From Pseudomonadota bacterium (lineage in GTDB: Bacteria > Pseudomonadota > Gammaproteobacteria > Steroidobacterales > Steroidobacteraceae): DNA of 64,000 nucleotides. Where the stretch lies: the NCBI GenBank assembly GCA_018261655.1, contig JAGTSG010000002.1, positions 35,871 through 99,870 of the forward strand, in the 5' to 3' direction. Positions 45,972 through 56,733 of this stretch are shown here, piece after piece; position 1 is the stretch's first letter; every line of letters starts with the position of its first letter. The position numbers and the translations under genes were made by a program. A model generated the notes under the pieces. It saw only the letters and a list, made by a program, of their open reading frames with translations. It ran no database searches and had not been told where the DNA came from.

Positions 45972-46679
45972 TTACTTCCTCGCGGCAGTCGCCGCGGCAG
46001 GGCCCGGGCGTGCACCGGCGACCAGGGCCGCCTGCACGTCGTGAGAGAAGTAGGACACGCGCTCGATCAGCGACTTGTTGCCGCGGGTCAGGGCGTTGAA
46101 GCCGAGCACCGCCGGCACCGCCACCGCGAGGCCGATGGCCGTCATGATCAGCGCCTCGCCGATCGGTCCGGCGACCTTGTCGAGCGACGCCTGGCCGGCG
46201 ATCGAGATGCTGATCAGCGCGTGGTAGATGCCCCACACGGTGCCGAACAGGCCGACGAACGGGGCCGTCGCGCCGACCGAGGCGAGGACCACCATGCCGC
46301 CCTGCAGGCTGGATTGCAGCATGTCGGCGCGCTTCTGCACGCTGGTCGCGACGAAGTCGGCCAGCTCGATGTTGCTGGTCACGTCCTGCGCGGCCTTGCG
46401 GTGGTGCTCGAGGGCCTTGATGCCGTCCTCGGCGATGTCGCGGAACGGATTCACCTTGCCCTTGAGCTTGCCCAGGCCCTCCTGGAGCGAACCGGAGTTC
46501 CAGAAGTTCTTTTCAGCCTCTACGGCGACCTTGCGCAGGCTGCGCTGGTCGAGCCACTTGTTGATCATGACCCACCACGACCACAGCGACATGACCCCCA
46601 GGATCACGAACACGCCCTTGCCGACATAATCACTCTGTTCCCAGAGTGCCTGTATGCCATACGGGTTTTCAGTTGCCAT
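45972..46679 (-). CDS. exbB: MotA/TolQ/ExbB proton-channel protein
   Basis: Three TM helices and the conserved C-terminal half GATAPFVGLFGTVWGIYHAL...AGPIGEALIMTAIGLAVAVPAV. Confidence 0.9.
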   Translation of the reverse strand: MATENPYGIQALWEQSDYVGKGVFVILGVMSLWSWWVMINKWLDQRSLRKVAVEAEKNFWNSGSLQEGLGKLKGKVNPFRDIAEDGIKALEHHRKAAQDVTSNIELADFVATSVQKRADMLQSSLQGGMVVLASVGATAPFVGLFGTVWGIYHALISISIAGQASLDKVAGPIGEALIMTAIGLAVAVPAVLGFNALTRGNKSLIERVSYFSHDVQAALVAGARPGPAAATAARK

Positions 46680-46772
46680 TCTTCGATTCCTCTAACAGAA
46701 GCAAACATCCCGAACAGACGCACTGTGTGGCGCGGACTGCCCGACCTGGAACAAATTCAGACTGCCGACAAA

Positions 46773-47417
46773 TCAGGACTCAAGCTTGAACGTGATGGGC
46801 AAGGTCGCCTGGGCCTCGATGGGCTGCCCGTCGCGCTTGCCTGGATTGAAAGTGAGCTTGCGCAGCACGCACTCGGCCGCGCCGTCGAGTCGCTCGAAAC
46901 CGCTGCTCTGCGCTACCTGCAGCGAAGACATCTTGCCGTCGACGCCGATGGTCACGACCACGGTGACCCTGCCCTCCTCGTTGAGGCGGCGAGAGGCCGA
47001 CGGGTAGCAGGAATTCAGGGCGCTGGCCAGCGACCGCGGGCTGCTCTTCATGCTGGGCGGGGTGATCTGCACCGTGCGCGCCGCGGGCGCGGCGACCTTC
47101 GGCGCGGCCGTCGGCTTGTCCGACACCTGGGCCGTGATGGCGGTCGTCGGTCCGGTGAAGGCCGGCAGGTCGATCAGCGGCGGCGGCACGACCGGCGGCG
47201 GCAGGTCCGTCGGCGGCGGCGGCGGCGGTTCCTTCAGGTCCTCCGGCGGCGGCGGCGGCGGCGGCAGGTCGATGATGCCGACATCCTGGACCAGCTGCAT
47301 CGCCTCGCGGGCCAGGCCGCTGACCAGCGCGAGGTAGAAGCCAAGGTGCAGCGCGATGATGCCTACGAAGACCGCAGTGCGCCTCGAGCCGCCCCCACCT
47401 GCGTACATATTCGCCAT
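46773..47417 (-). CDS. tonB: Energy transducer TonB
   Basis: N-terminal TM helix, Pro-rich spacer PPPPPPPEDLKEPPPPPPTDLPPPVVPPP, and a C-terminal TonB domain (YPSASRRLNEEGRVTV...). Confidence 0.9.
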   Translation of the reverse strand: MANMYAGGGGSRRTAVFVGIIALHLGFYLALVSGLAREAMQLVQDVGIIDLPPPPPPPEDLKEPPPPPPTDLPPPVVPPPLIDLPAFTGPTTAITAQVSDKPTAAPKVAAPAARTVQITPPSMKSSPRSLASALNSCYPSASRRLNEEGRVTVVVTIGVDGKMSSLQVAQSSGFERLDGAAECVLRKLTFNPGKRDGQPIEAQATLPITFKLES

Positions 47418-47711
47418 AAGCCAGTGGATCCCCTGATGCTGTCGGCTGGATCAACCGCAGATCCGGCGCTTTCTCTAGTTGCCGGCCGTCGCTGTCACAC
47501 GCCCAGCCCGGCCCAGCCGTGCGCAACCTTAGCGGCCCGCGATTCTAACTGCAAGCGTGACAAACAGGCATGTTGCCACGCTCGGGACCCCGCCGCCACT
47601 GGCCCGCGACCCCGCGCCGCCACCGGGCTCCGGGCGGCTTCGGCCGGGTCGCGGCAGATCCCGGTGCCAGGCTGCCTGCAGGTGTAAAACGACGGATCCG
47701 CCCGCTCCGGG

Positions 47712-49409
47712 TCAGTCCTCCGGCTCGAGGTCGGTCACGGCCCCCAGCGACGCGCTGCTCACACTCCGCGCGTACTTGGCGAGCACGCCTCGCCGGGCGA
47801 ACGGCGCGCGTGGACGCCACGACCTGTGGCGGCGCTTCATCTCGGCGGCGGTCAGTTCCACCTCGATCGTCCGGCGTGTCGCATCGATCGTGATCCGGTC
47901 GCCGTTCCGGAGCAGGGCAATGGGCCCGCCTACGGCCGCCTCCGGCGTGATGTGGCCGACCACGAAACCGTGGCTGCCCCCCGAGAAACGCCCGTCGGTG
48001 ATCAGGGCGACCTGGTCGCCGAGCCCGCGACCCATGATCGCGCCGGTCGGCGACAACATCTCGCGCATGCCGGGCCCGCCCCGGGGCCCCTCGTTGCGGA
48101 TGACCACCACGTCGCCGGCCTTCACCTTGCCATCCAGGATGGCCTGCAGGCAGCGCTCCTCGCCTTCGAACACCCTTGCCCGCCCGGTAAACGACAACCC
48201 CTCCTTCCCGCTGATCTTGGCCACGGCGCCCTCCGGCGCCAGGTTGCCGTACAGGATCACGAGGTGGCTGTCCGGCTTGACCGGGTCGTCGATGCTGCGG
48301 ATCACTTCCTGGCCCGCGGGATAGGGTTCGACGCCGGCGAGCTCCTCGGCCATGGTCCGGCCGGTCACCGTCAGGCACTCGCCGTGCAGCAACCCCTCGT
48401 CGAGCAGCACCTTCATCAACGGGCGGATTCCTCCGATGGCGATCAGCTCGGACATCAGGTAGCGCCCGCTCGGTCGCAGGTCCGCGAGGACCGGCACGCG
48501 CCTGCCGATACGGGTGAAGTCGTCGAGCGTCAGCCGCACACCGGCGCAGTGGGCGATGGCCAGCAGGTGCAACACGGCGTTGGTGCTTCCCGACAAGGCG
48601 ATCACCGTGGTGATGGCGTTTTCGAAGGCGCGCCTCGTCAGGATGTCGCGTGGCCTGATCCCGAGCCGCACGAGCCGGACGACGGCCTCGCCGGCGCTGC
48701 GGCAGTCATCCCGCTTCGAGCGCGACACGGCCTCCTGCGCAGAGCTGTTCGGCAGGCTCATTCCCAGCGCCTCGATGGCCGACGCCATGGTGTTCGCCGT
48801 GTACATGCCCCCGCAGCTGCCAGGACCGGGGATCGCCTTGCACTCGATCTCGTGCAGCGCTGCGTCCGACACCGTGCCGCGCGCATGCCCGCCTACCGCC
48901 TCGAAGACCGAGACGATGTCGGTGCGCCCGGCACCCGGGCGGATCGTGCCTCCATAGACGAACACGGCGGGCCGATCGAGCCGGGCGATCGCCATCATGC
49001 AGCCCGGCATGTTCTTGTCGCAGCCGCCGACGGCCACCAGGCCGTCGAACCCCTGCGCGCCCACGACGGTCTCGATGGAGTCCGCGATGACTTCCCGCGA
49101 CACGAGCGAGTAGCGCATGCCCGGGGTGCCCATGGAGATGCCGTCCGAGACCGTGATGGTCCCGAACACCGTGGACTTGCCGCCCGCCGAGTCGATGCCT
49201 GCCGCCGCATGGCGCGCCAGGTCATCGATGTGCATGTTGCAGGGGGTCAGGTTGCTCCAGGTGCTGGCCACGCCGATCGCGGGCCGCAGGAAGTCCTCGT
49301 CCCGATAGCCGACCGCGCGCAGCATCGCGCGGCTCGGCGTCTGCTTGACGCCGTCCACGACGAGGCTCGAGTAGGGCCGCGGGTCGGGAACGTGGCGCTT
49401 GCGCGTCAT
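47712..49409 (-). CDS. ilvD: Dihydroxy-acid dehydratase (IlvD/Edd family, short form)
   Basis: [19 protein letters not shown] and [12 protein letters not shown] motifs. 565 aa. Confidence 0.9.
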   Translation of the reverse strand: MTRKRHVPDPRPYSSLVVDGVKQTPSRAMLRAVGYRDEDFLRPAIGVASTWSNLTPCNMHIDDLARHAAAGIDSAGGKSTVFGTITVSDGISMGTPGMRYSLVSREVIADSIETVVGAQGFDGLVAVGGCDKNMPGCMMAIARLDRPAVFVYGGTIRPGAGRTDIVSVFEAVGGHARGTVSDAALHEIECKAIPGPGSCGGMYTANTMASAIEALGMSLPNSSAQEAVSRSKRDDCRSAGEAVVRLVRLGIRPRDILTRRAFENAITTVIALSGSTNAVLHLLAIAHCAGVRLTLDDFTRIGRRVPVLADLRPSGRYLMSELIAIGGIRPLMKVLLDEGLLHGECLTVTGRTMAEELAGVEPYPAGQEVIRSIDDPVKPDSHLVILYGNLAPEGAVAKISGKEGLSFTGRARVFEGEERCLQAILDGKVKAGDVVVIRNEGPRGGPGMREMLSPTGAIMGRGLGDQVALITDGRFSGGSHGFVVGHITPEAAVGGPIALLRNGDRITIDATRRTIEVELTAAEMKRRHRSWRPRAPFARRGVLAKYARSVSSASLGAVTDLEPED

Positions 49410-49461
49410 TTTCGCCTCCAGTCTCGCTCCGGTCGCATTGTGCCGCCTCGCCTGCCGGCGG

Positions 49462-50340
49462 TCACGTGTGGGTATCCGGCAGCCGGCGTTCGCGCATCGC
49501 GATCGTGGCGACGCCGCCCAGGGTCATCAGCCCGCCCACGATGATCCTCCAGTCGAGGCTCTCGCCGAGCAGCAGCACCGCGAACGCGACGCTGAACAGC
49601 GGCGCCAGCACGGTGATCGGCGCGACGCTGGTGACGGCATAGCGCTGGACCAAGGCGAAGAACGCGGTGTGACCGAAGAGGCTCGCCGCCAGCGAGGTGT
49701 AGAGCACGGCCCCTGCCCCCGCCAGGTCGACCGACGCGAGGCTGGCCATCTGGTCCTCCTCGAACAGCCACGTGAGTACGAACAGCACGGGCAGGCTCGT
49801 CCAGGCGAACCAGGCCTGCAGCTCGAGCGGCTTGATGTCGTTGACGCGCTTGATGGCCACCAGGCCGAGCGAGCCGGAGAGGGCCCCGAGCACGACCAGC
49901 AGGAGTCCGCCCAGGGAGTTGAACACCAGCGGGTTGAAGCCGATGATCATCACGCCCGCAAACGACAGCAGGATGCCGGCCCACCGACGCCAGCGCACCT
50001 GTTCGCCGAGGATCGCGATGGAGAGCAGCGTCGTGAACGGCACGCCGAGCTGGCCGGCGATCGCCACGGACGACATGCTGCCCGACTGCGCGATGCCGAC
50101 GAACATCAGGGCGAACTGCAGGCCGCCGCTGCAGACCGACGCGAGGAGCAGCCAGCGCATCTCGCCACGCCGGATCCTGAGGAACGGCAGCACGGCCACG
50201 GCGAGCACCAGGAAGCGCAGGAAGCTGAAGAAGATCGGCGGCATCCGGTCGACGCCGGCCTTGATCGCGATCAGGTTGAATCCCCAGACGGCGCAGATGG
50301 CCACCAGCAGGGCCAGGTGCCGGCCCGCGACGTGGGTCAT
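49462..50340 (-). CDS. EamA/DMT-family transporter
   Basis: About ten TM segments in two EamA repeats. ATG at 50340 overlaps the upstream stop (ATGA). The rest of ORF 49462..51888 was rejected. Confidence 0.8.
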   Translation of the reverse strand: MTHVAGRHLALLVAICAVWGFNLIAIKAGVDRMPPIFFSFLRFLVLAVAVLPFLRIRRGEMRWLLLASVCSGGLQFALMFVGIAQSGSMSSVAIAGQLGVPFTTLLSIAILGEQVRWRRWAGILLSFAGVMIIGFNPLVFNSLGGLLLVVLGALSGSLGLVAIKRVNDIKPLELQAWFAWTSLPVLFVLTWLFEEDQMASLASVDLAGAGAVLYTSLAASLFGHTAFFALVQRYAVTSVAPITVLAPLFSVAFAVLLLGESLDWRIIVGGLMTLGGVATIAMRERRLPDTHT

Positions 50341-51752
50341 CGCCCGCCGGGAGCCGCGTAACGCTGCTCGATCATCCGGTACAGGGCGCGGATGCCCTGC
50401 GCGTGCCCGCCGACCGGTCTTCCGGGGCGGTCCCTGGGGCTCCATGCATAGAGGTCGAGGTGGGCCCAGGACGTCGTGGTCGAGACGAAGCGCTGGAGGA
50501 ACAGGCCACCGATGATGGCCCCCGCAAAGGCGTGAGAGGCTACGTTCGACAGGTCGGCCACCTTGCTCGACAGGTCCTCGTCGTACGCTTGCCAGAGGGG
50601 CATGCGCCAGACCGGATCGTCCTCGGGCGCGCCGGCCGATTCGATGGCGGCGGCGAGGCCATCGTTGCGGGTAAACAGCGCCGGCAAGTCGGGTCCCAGG
50701 GCGACCCGCGCCGCACCCGTCAGCGTCGCGAGGTCGAGAAGCAGGTCGGGGCCCTCCTCGTCCGCATAGGCGAGGGCGTCCGCCAGGACCAGACGCCCCT
50801 CGGCATCGGTGTTGCCGACCTCGACGGTCAGGCCCTTGCGGCTGCGGAGCACGTCGCCCGGGCGATACGACGCGGCGTCGACGCTGTTCTCCACCGCGGG
50901 GATGAGCACGCGCAGCCGCACCGGCAGGCGCGCGTCCATGATCATGCTGGCCAGTCCCAGCGCGCAGGCCGCGCCGCCCATGTCCTTCTTCATGAGCAGC
51001 ATGCCCTGCGGGTTCTTGAGGTCGAGCCCGCCCGAGTCGAAGCACACGCCCTTGCCGACCAGCGTGACGCGTGGCGCGGCGGCAGGGCCCCAGCCCAGGT
51101 CGACGAGCCGCGGGCTTTGCGGTCCCGCGCGCCCGACCGCGTGGACCATGTGCAGCCTTGCCGCGACGAGCTCTTCGCCGACGATTTCGCTGCATGTCCC
51201 GCCGTGCCGGCCGGCCAGCCGCGCCGCCGCCGCCGCGAGCTGCTCCGGCCCCATGTCGCCCGCCGGCGTGTTGATCAGGTCGCGGGCGAGCGCATCCGCC
51301 TCGGCGGCCCGCCGCACGTATCCGACGTCCGCGCCGGCCGGCGCCTCGAGCGTGGCCTGGCGGCTTGCTGCGCCCGGCCGGCTGCGATAGCCGTCGAAGC
51401 GATACTGCCCGAGCGCCCAGCCGAGGAGCGCGCGCGTCGCCGCTCCCGGTGCGAGCGGCGTGGCGAGATGCCACGGCCCGGCGGGCAACTTCTCCGGCAG
51501 CTGCGCCAGGGTCCACGCTGACACGTCTGCGCCCGCGCCGGAGCGCCCCAGCCCCAGCACCGCGCCTGCGATCGCGCCTGCATCTCCCGGCAGCAACAGC
51601 AGGCGCTGGGACTCGGCCTTGAAGCCGGCCGCCTGGATCCAGCTGGCGCGCGGGGCGGGTTGCGCCGCGCACCACGCCTCGAGCCCCTCTTCCGTGACCA
51701 GCCACACCGGACGGGAACCCGCGTCGCGCGATGACTGAATGCCGATATCCAT
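50337..51752 (-). CDS. M17-family leucyl aminopeptidase-like protein
   Basis: VGKGVCFDSGGLDLK and NTDAEGRLVLADAL active-site motifs. Confidence 0.85.
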   Translation of the reverse strand: MDIGIQSSRDAGSRPVWLVTEEGLEAWCAAQPAPRASWIQAAGFKAESQRLLLLPGDAGAIAGAVLGLGRSGAGADVSAWTLAQLPEKLPAGPWHLATPLAPGAATRALLGWALGQYRFDGYRSRPGAASRQATLEAPAGADVGYVRRAAEADALARDLINTPAGDMGPEQLAAAAARLAGRHGGTCSEIVGEELVAARLHMVHAVGRAGPQSPRLVDLGWGPAAAPRVTLVGKGVCFDSGGLDLKNPQGMLLMKKDMGGAACALGLASMIMDARLPVRLRVLIPAVENSVDAASYRPGDVLRSRKGLTVEVGNTDAEGRLVLADALAYADEEGPDLLLDLATLTGAARVALGPDLPALFTRNDGLAAAIESAGAPEDDPVWRMPLWQAYDEDLSSKVADLSNVASHAFAGAIIGGLFLQRFVSTTTSWAHLDLYAWSPRDRPGRPVGGHAQGIRALYRMIEQRYAAPGGR

Positions 51753-51913
51753 GCAGCGTCCCCTGGCGCTCGTGGCCCTGCGCGGTTGACAGGCCGGACG
51801 GCGCTATGCTGTGATCCGCGTATCTTGCACCGCACCAATCGCTGATGCACCAATCTCTCAGACAGGATCGGAATCCCGACCGCGCCATTGCAGCGCGGGC
51901 GCTGCGCGCGCCC

Positions 51914-51976
51914 GTGGCCGGACTGCTGCTCCTGGGCCTCCTGCTTCCGCGGCCAGGGTGCGGGTTACCGGGCTGA
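51914..51976 (+). promoter_or_regulatory. Candidate Leu-rich leader peptide ORF upstream of ilvC-leu
   Basis: GTG-initiated [20 protein letters not shown], with 7 Leu in residues 4-11. An in-frame ATG at 51845 would give 43 aa. Neither start has a clear Shine-Dalgarno sequence. Confidence 0.3.
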
Positions 51977-52002
51977 GTCCAAGCGAAACGAAGCTCAACA
52001 GG

Positions 52003-52042
52003 AACCCCGCACCGGCCAGTCGCCGAGGCGGGGTTTCTCGTT
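52003..52042 (+). terminator. Attenuator-type intrinsic terminator upstream of ilvC
   Basis: AACCCCGC...GCGGGGTT outer stem of 8 bp plus a 5-bp inner stem, followed by TCTCGTT. No plus-strand gene lies upstream. TGCGGGTT (51959-51966) could pair with the 5' arm as an antiterminator. Confidence 0.5.
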
Positions 52043-52107
52043 CATGGGACAGGATACGGACAGGGTTTGCCTCGCGATACGGTACTGACACTCAACAGGG
52101 AGCCAAC

Positions 52108-53094
52108 ATGAGGATCTATTCGCGTAAGGACGTCGACCGCAAGGCGCTCAAGAGCGCCCGCATCTGCGTCCTCGGCTACGGCAGCCAGGGGCGCGCGCAC
52201 GCGCTCAACCTGAAGGACAGTGGCTACGACGTCGTCGTCGGGGTTCGCAAGGGCCCGAGCTGGCGCAAGGCGAAGCGCGACGGGCTCGCCGTGGCCGAAC
52301 CGGCCCGCGCTGCCGAGGGCGCCGATCTCGTGGCGATGCTGACGCCCGACCTGGCGCAGGCGGCGTTGTACAAGACGGTCCGGCCTTCCCTGAAGAAGGG
52401 CGCGACACTGCTGTTCGCCCACGGATTCAACGTCCACTTCGGCCAGATCAAGCCGCGCAAGGACCTCGACGTCGTCCTGATCGCCCCGAAGGGCCCGGGC
52501 GACCTCGTGCGCCGGCAGTACCAGCAGGGACGCGGCGTGCCCTGCCTGATCGCGGTGTCGCAGGACGCCACCGGCAAGGCGCACGCCAGGGCGCTCGCCT
52601 ATGCGGACGGAATTGGCGGCACCCGCGGCGGCGTCCTCGAGACGACCTTCGCCGAGGAGACGGAGACCGACCTGTTCGGCGAGCAGGCCGTGCTGTGCGG
52701 CGGGGCGACGGAGCTCGTGCTGAAGGGCTTCGAGACGCTGGTGGAGGCCGGCTACCAGCCAGAGGTCGCCTACTACGAGTGCCTGCACGAGCTGAAGCTG
52801 ATCGTGGACCTGCTGCACGAGGGCGGCATCGCCAAGATGCACCAGTTCATCTCCGAGACCGCGAAGTACGGCGACCTGACGCGCGGCCCGCGCGTCGTGG
52901 ACCGCCACACCAAGCGCGAGATGAGGAAGATCCTCAAGGAGATCCAGGACGGGAAGTTTGCCCGCCAGTGGATCAGCGAGAACCGTCGCGGACGAAAGAA
53001 GTACGACGCGCTGCTGAAGAAGGACCTCGAGCACCCGATCGAGCAGGTCGGCAGGAAGCTCCGGGCACGGATGCCCTGGCTGAACCAGGGGTGA
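52108..53094 (+). CDS. ilvC: Ketol-acid reductoisomerase (class I)
   Basis: [25 protein letters not shown] and [11 protein letters not shown] motifs. ATG at 52108 with an AGGGAG Shine-Dalgarno sequence. Confidence 0.95.
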   Translation: MRIYSRKDVDRKALKSARICVLGYGSQGRAHALNLKDSGYDVVVGVRKGPSWRKAKRDGLAVAEPARAAEGADLVAMLTPDLAQAALYKTVRPSLKKGATLLFAHGFNVHFGQIKPRKDLDVVLIAPKGPGDLVRRQYQQGRGVPCLIAVSQDATGKAHARALAYADGIGGTRGGVLETTFAEETETDLFGEQAVLCGGATELVLKGFETLVEAGYQPEVAYYECLHELKLIVDLLHEGGIAKMHQFISETAKYGDLTRGPRVVDRHTKREMRKILKEIQDGKFARQWISENRRGRKKYDALLKKDLEHPIEQVGRKLRARMPWLNQG

Positions 53095-53137
53095 CGCGGA
53101 GGCCCCGCGCCGCCGGCCGGGGATGAAGGACACACCG

Positions 53138-54721
53138 ATGAGCAAGCACGACCCGAATCGCGTACTGATCTTCGACACGACGCTGCGCGACGGCGAGCAG
53201 TCGCCCGGCTGCAGCATGACGCCGGACGAGAAGCTCCGCGTGGCCCGGGCGCTTGCGGAGCTCGGCGTGGACGTCATCGAGGCCGGCTTCCCCGCTGCCT
53301 CCCGGGGCGACTGGGAGTCCGTGAACGCGATCGCCAGGCAGGTGCGGGGACCGGTCATCTGCGGACTGGCCCGCTGCAACCGCGACGACATCGACAAGGC
53401 CTGGACCGCGGTCCGGGACGCCGAACGGCCGCGGATCCACGTGTTCCTGGCCACCAGCGCCATACACCGCGAGCACAAGCTCAAGATGGCCAAGGAAGAG
53501 ATCATCCGCACCGCCGTCGAGGGCGTGCGGCTCGCGCGTTCGCTGTGCGAGGACATCGAGTTCTCGCCCGAGGACGCCTCGCGCACGGAACTCGACTTCC
53601 TGACCGAGGTGGTGCAGGCCGCGGTCGATGCCGGCGCCTCGACGATCAACGTCCCCGACACGGTCGGCTACACCACGCCGCAGGAATTCCTGGAGACGTT
53701 CGCGCACCTGCGGCGCCATGTGCGGGGCGCCGGGCAAGTGACGTTCTCGGTGCATTGCCACGACGACCTCGGCATGGCGGTCGCCAACAGCCTCAGTGCC
53801 GTGCTCGGGGGCGCGCGGCAGGTCGAGTGCACGATCAACGGCATCGGCGAGCGCGCGGGCAACTGCTCGCTCGAGGAAATCGTCATGGCCATCCGCACCC
53901 GGGAGCAGGTCTTCGGGGTCCACACCGCAATCCAGTCGCAGAAGCTGTACCCGACCTGCCGCCTGGTGTCGTCCATCACCGGCATGCCGATCCCGCGCAA
54001 CAAGGCCGTGACCGGCGAGAACGCCTTCGCGCACGAGTCCGGCATCCACCAGCACGGGATGCTGCGCCACGCGTCCACTTACGAGATCATGCGCCCGAAG
54101 GACGTCGGCCTGTCGCGTACGCACCTCGTGCTCGGCAAGCACAGCGGTCGCCACGCCTTCCGGGAGCGCGTGCGGGAACTCGGCTTCGAACTGGACGAGG
54201 CCGAGCTCAACCGCGTCTTCGAGCGCTTCAAGGCGCTGGCCGACCGCAAGAAGGAGTTGTTCGACGGCGACATCGAGGCGCTGGTGATGAAGCTCGACAC
54301 CGAGTCCGGGGGGCCGTGGTTCCTCGAACGTCTCGAGTCCGGCTCGAAGAGCGGCGGCGACGGCCACGCCCATGTCGTGCTGCGCCACGCCGACGGGCGG
54401 GTCGCCGAGCAGCGCGCGAACGGCGACGGCCCGGTCGACGCCGCCTTCAAGGCGATCGAGGACGCGACGGGAATCCGCGTGAAGCTGCGCAGCTTCGAGG
54501 TGCGCAGCGTGTCGGAGGGCGAGGATGCCCAGGGCGAGGCGCTGGTCACCGTCGAGTACGGCGGCCGCACACATCGCGGCAGCAGCGTGACCACGGACAT
54601 CGTGGAATCGGGCGTCCGCGCGTTCCTCGAGGTGATCAACCGCATCGAGCTGGGCCGCCAGTCCGGGCGCGCCTCCGCCGACGGCCGGGTCGACGCCCGC
54701 GCCGCACAGGCCGCCGTCTGA
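53138..54721 (+). CDS. leuA: 2-isopropylmalate synthase
   Basis: [14 protein letters not shown] and [14 protein letters not shown] motifs plus the C-terminal LeuA regulatory domain. ATG at 53138 (GAAGGA Shine-Dalgarno sequence) is preferred over 53123. Confidence 0.93.
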   Translation: MSKHDPNRVLIFDTTLRDGEQSPGCSMTPDEKLRVARALAELGVDVIEAGFPAASRGDWESVNAIARQVRGPVICGLARCNRDDIDKAWTAVRDAERPRIHVFLATSAIHREHKLKMAKEEIIRTAVEGVRLARSLCEDIEFSPEDASRTELDFLTEVVQAAVDAGASTINVPDTVGYTTPQEFLETFAHLRRHVRGAGQVTFSVHCHDDLGMAVANSLSAVLGGARQVECTINGIGERAGNCSLEEIVMAIRTREQVFGVHTAIQSQKLYPTCRLVSSITGMPIPRNKAVTGENAFAHESGIHQHGMLRHASTYEIMRPKDVGLSRTHLVLGKHSGRHAFRERVRELGFELDEAELNRVFERFKALADRKKELFDGDIEALVMKLDTESGGPWFLERLESGSKSGGDGHAHVVLRHADGRVAEQRANGDGPVDAAFKAIEDATGIRVKLRSFEVRSVSEGEDAQGEALVTVEYGGRTHRGSSVTTDIVESGVRAFLEVINRIELGRQSGRASADGRVDARAAQAAV

Positions 54722-54735
54722 GGGCCGGAGACGCC

Positions 54736-56136
54736 ATGACCGCGATGACCCTGTTCGAGAAGGTGTGGCGCGCCCACGAGGTGGCCGCCGAGACCCCCGA
54801 CACGCCGGCGGTGCTCTACGTGGACCTGCACCTGACACACGAGGTCACCTCGCCACAGGCCTTCTCGGTCCTGCGCGATCGCGGCCTTCCCGTGCGGCGC
54901 CGGGATCGCACACTCGCGACGCTGGACCACTCGACGCCGACGGATTCCGGGCAGATCTTCGGCGGGCTGCCCATCCGTCTCGAGTCGGCCCGCAAGCAGG
55001 TCGAGCAGCTCGAGCGGAACACGTCCGAGTTCGGCGTGGAGTTGATCGGGCTGCGGAGCGACCGGCGCGGCATCGTCCACATCATCGGGCCGGAACTGGG
55101 TGCTACCCAGCCCGGCAAGACGATCGTCTGCGGCGACAGCCACACGAGCACGCACGGCGCCTTCGGCGCCCTCGCGTTCGGCATCGGCACCACCGAGGTC
55201 GGACATGTCCTGGCCACGCAATGCCTCCTGCAGCGCAAGCCCCGCACCCTCGCGATCAACGTCGCCGGGCGCCTCGCGCCAGGCGTGAGCGCCAAGGACC
55301 TGGTCCTCGCGATCATCGGCAAGGTGGGCGTTTCGGGCGGCACGGGCCACGTCATCGAATACCGCGGCGAGGCGATCCGGTCCCTGTCCATGGACGAGCG
55401 CATGACGGTCTGCAACATGTCCATCGAGGCCGGCGCGCGCGCCGGCATGGTCGCCCCCGACGAGACGACCTGCGCCTACCTCAAGGGCCGCCCGCGCGCC
55501 CCGGCCGGCGAGGCCTGGGAGGCCGCCGTCGAGGCCTGGCGGCAGCTTCCTTCGGATCCCGGCGCCAGGTTCGACCGCGAGGTCGAACTCGAGGCCGGCG
55601 CCGTCGAACCCATGGTCACGTATGGCACCAACCCGGGCATGGTGGTGCCGATCAGCGGCCGCATACCCGAATCGGGTGGCGAGGTCTTCCGCAAGGCCCT
55701 CGCCTACATGGGCTTCGAGCCCGGGCAGCCGGTCGCGGGCAAGGCCGTGGACGTGGTGTTCGTCGGCAGCTGCACCAATGCGCGCCTGTCGGACCTGCGA
55801 GAAGTAGCGCGGATCCTGCGCGGGCGCACCGTCGCGCGCGGCGTGAAGATGCTGGTCGTGCCCGGTTCGCAGCAGGTGAAGAAGGAAGCCGAGGCCGAGG
55901 GTCTCCACAAGGTCTTCCTCGCCGCCGGCGCCGACTGGCGCGAGTCCGGCTGCTCCATGTGCCTGGGCATGAATGGCGATACGGTTGCGCCCGGCAAGTA
56001 CTCGGTGAGCACCAGCAACCGCAATTTCGAGGGCCGGCAGGGCGTCGGCGCAAGGACGCTGCTCGCGAGTCCCGCCACGGCGGCGGCCTCGGCGGTGACG
56101 GGCCGGGTCACCGACCCGCGCGAGCTGGTCCCCTGA
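54736..56136 (+). CDS. leuC: 3-isopropylmalate dehydratase large subunit
   Basis: [39 protein letters not shown] and [10 protein letters not shown] aconitase-family motifs. Confidence 0.95.
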   Translation: MTAMTLFEKVWRAHEVAAETPDTPAVLYVDLHLTHEVTSPQAFSVLRDRGLPVRRRDRTLATLDHSTPTDSGQIFGGLPIRLESARKQVEQLERNTSEFGVELIGLRSDRRGIVHIIGPELGATQPGKTIVCGDSHTSTHGAFGALAFGIGTTEVGHVLATQCLLQRKPRTLAINVAGRLAPGVSAKDLVLAIIGKVGVSGGTGHVIEYRGEAIRSLSMDERMTVCNMSIEAGARAGMVAPDETTCAYLKGRPRAPAGEAWEAAVEAWRQLPSDPGARFDREVELEAGAVEPMVTYGTNPGMVVPISGRIPESGGEVFRKALAYMGFEPGQPVAGKAVDVVFVGSCTNARLSDLREVARILRGRTVARGVKMLVVPGSQQVKKEAEAEGLHKVFLAAGADWRESGCSMCLGMNGDTVAPGKYSVSTSNRNFEGRQGVGARTLLASPATAAASAVTGRVTDPRELVP

Positions 56137-56154
56137 CGGTCAGGAGCAAGCCAA

Positions 56155-56733
56155 GTGGAACCCATCGTCCGCCTCCGGTCACGCACCGTGGTCATGCCGT
56201 CGACCGACATCGACACCGACCAGATCATCCCCGCGCGGTTCCTGACCACGACCACCCGCGAAGGCCTGGGCAAGGCACTCTTCGCCGACTGGCGCTATGA
56301 CTCCGACGGCAACCCGCGCCCGGACTTCATCCTCAACCGGCCCGAGTCGCAGGGCTGCGCCATCCTCGTGGCCGGCCGCAATGTCGGTTGCGGCTCGTCG
56401 CGCGAGCACGCCCCATGGGCGCTGGCCGACTACGGCTTCCGGGCGGTGATCAGCACCCAGATCGCCGACATCTTCAGCAACAACGCGCTGAAGAACGGGC
56501 TGTTGCCGATCGTGGTCGACGAGGCGACCCATGCCTGGCTGCTGGCCAACCCCGGCGCCGAGATCGCCATCGACCTCGAGACCCGCAGCCTTGCCCTGCC
56601 GGACGGCCGGACCGTCGCGTTCCCGCTGGAAGACTTCGCCCGGTACTGCCTGATGAACGGCGTCGACGAGCTCGGTTACCTGCTGTCGAAGGTCCCGGAC
56701 ATCGAACGCTACGAGCGGGCCCACGGCAAATGA
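56155..56733 (+). CDS. leuD: 3-isopropylmalate dehydratase small subunit
   Basis: [13 protein letters not shown] and [17 protein letters not shown] motifs. GTG start. Confidence 0.93.
   Translation: MEPIVRLRSRTVVMPSTDIDTDQIIPARFLTTTTREGLGKALFADWRYDSDGNPRPDFILNRPESQGCAILVAGRNVGCGSSREHAPWALADYGFRAVISTQIADIFSNNALKNGLLPIVVDEATHAWLLANPGAEIAIDLETRSLALPDGRTVAFPLEDFARYCLMNGVDELGYLLSKVPDIERYERAHGK

Noticed and set aside
47418-47711. Fur box or sigma54 promoter upstream of tonB (TGGCAC at about 47664-47669 on the minus strand, and TGGCAA nearby).
   Set aside because: There is no GATAATGATAATCATTATC-like sequence. The TGGCAC is followed by TCTGC at the wrong spacing, off by one from the strict GG-N10-GC rule. 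Only a TAGAAT -10-like hexamer remains, without a convincing -35.
49462-51888. 808-aa ORF spanning the EamA transporter and the M17 peptidase region.
   Set aside because: Only the last 292 codons encode a membrane protein (start MTHVAGRHL at 50340). The upstream part is an Arg/Gly-rich shadow of the peptidase gene in another frame.
51811-52107. N-terminal extensions of ilvC (ORF from 51811). The same applies to leuC (from 53545), leuB (from 56388), hisG (from 60459) and hisC (from 62587).
   Set aside because: Homology to each family starts at internal ATGs that have Shine-Dalgarno sequences or ATGA/GTGA coupling to the preceding gene. The extensions overlap upstream genes or non-coding DNA.
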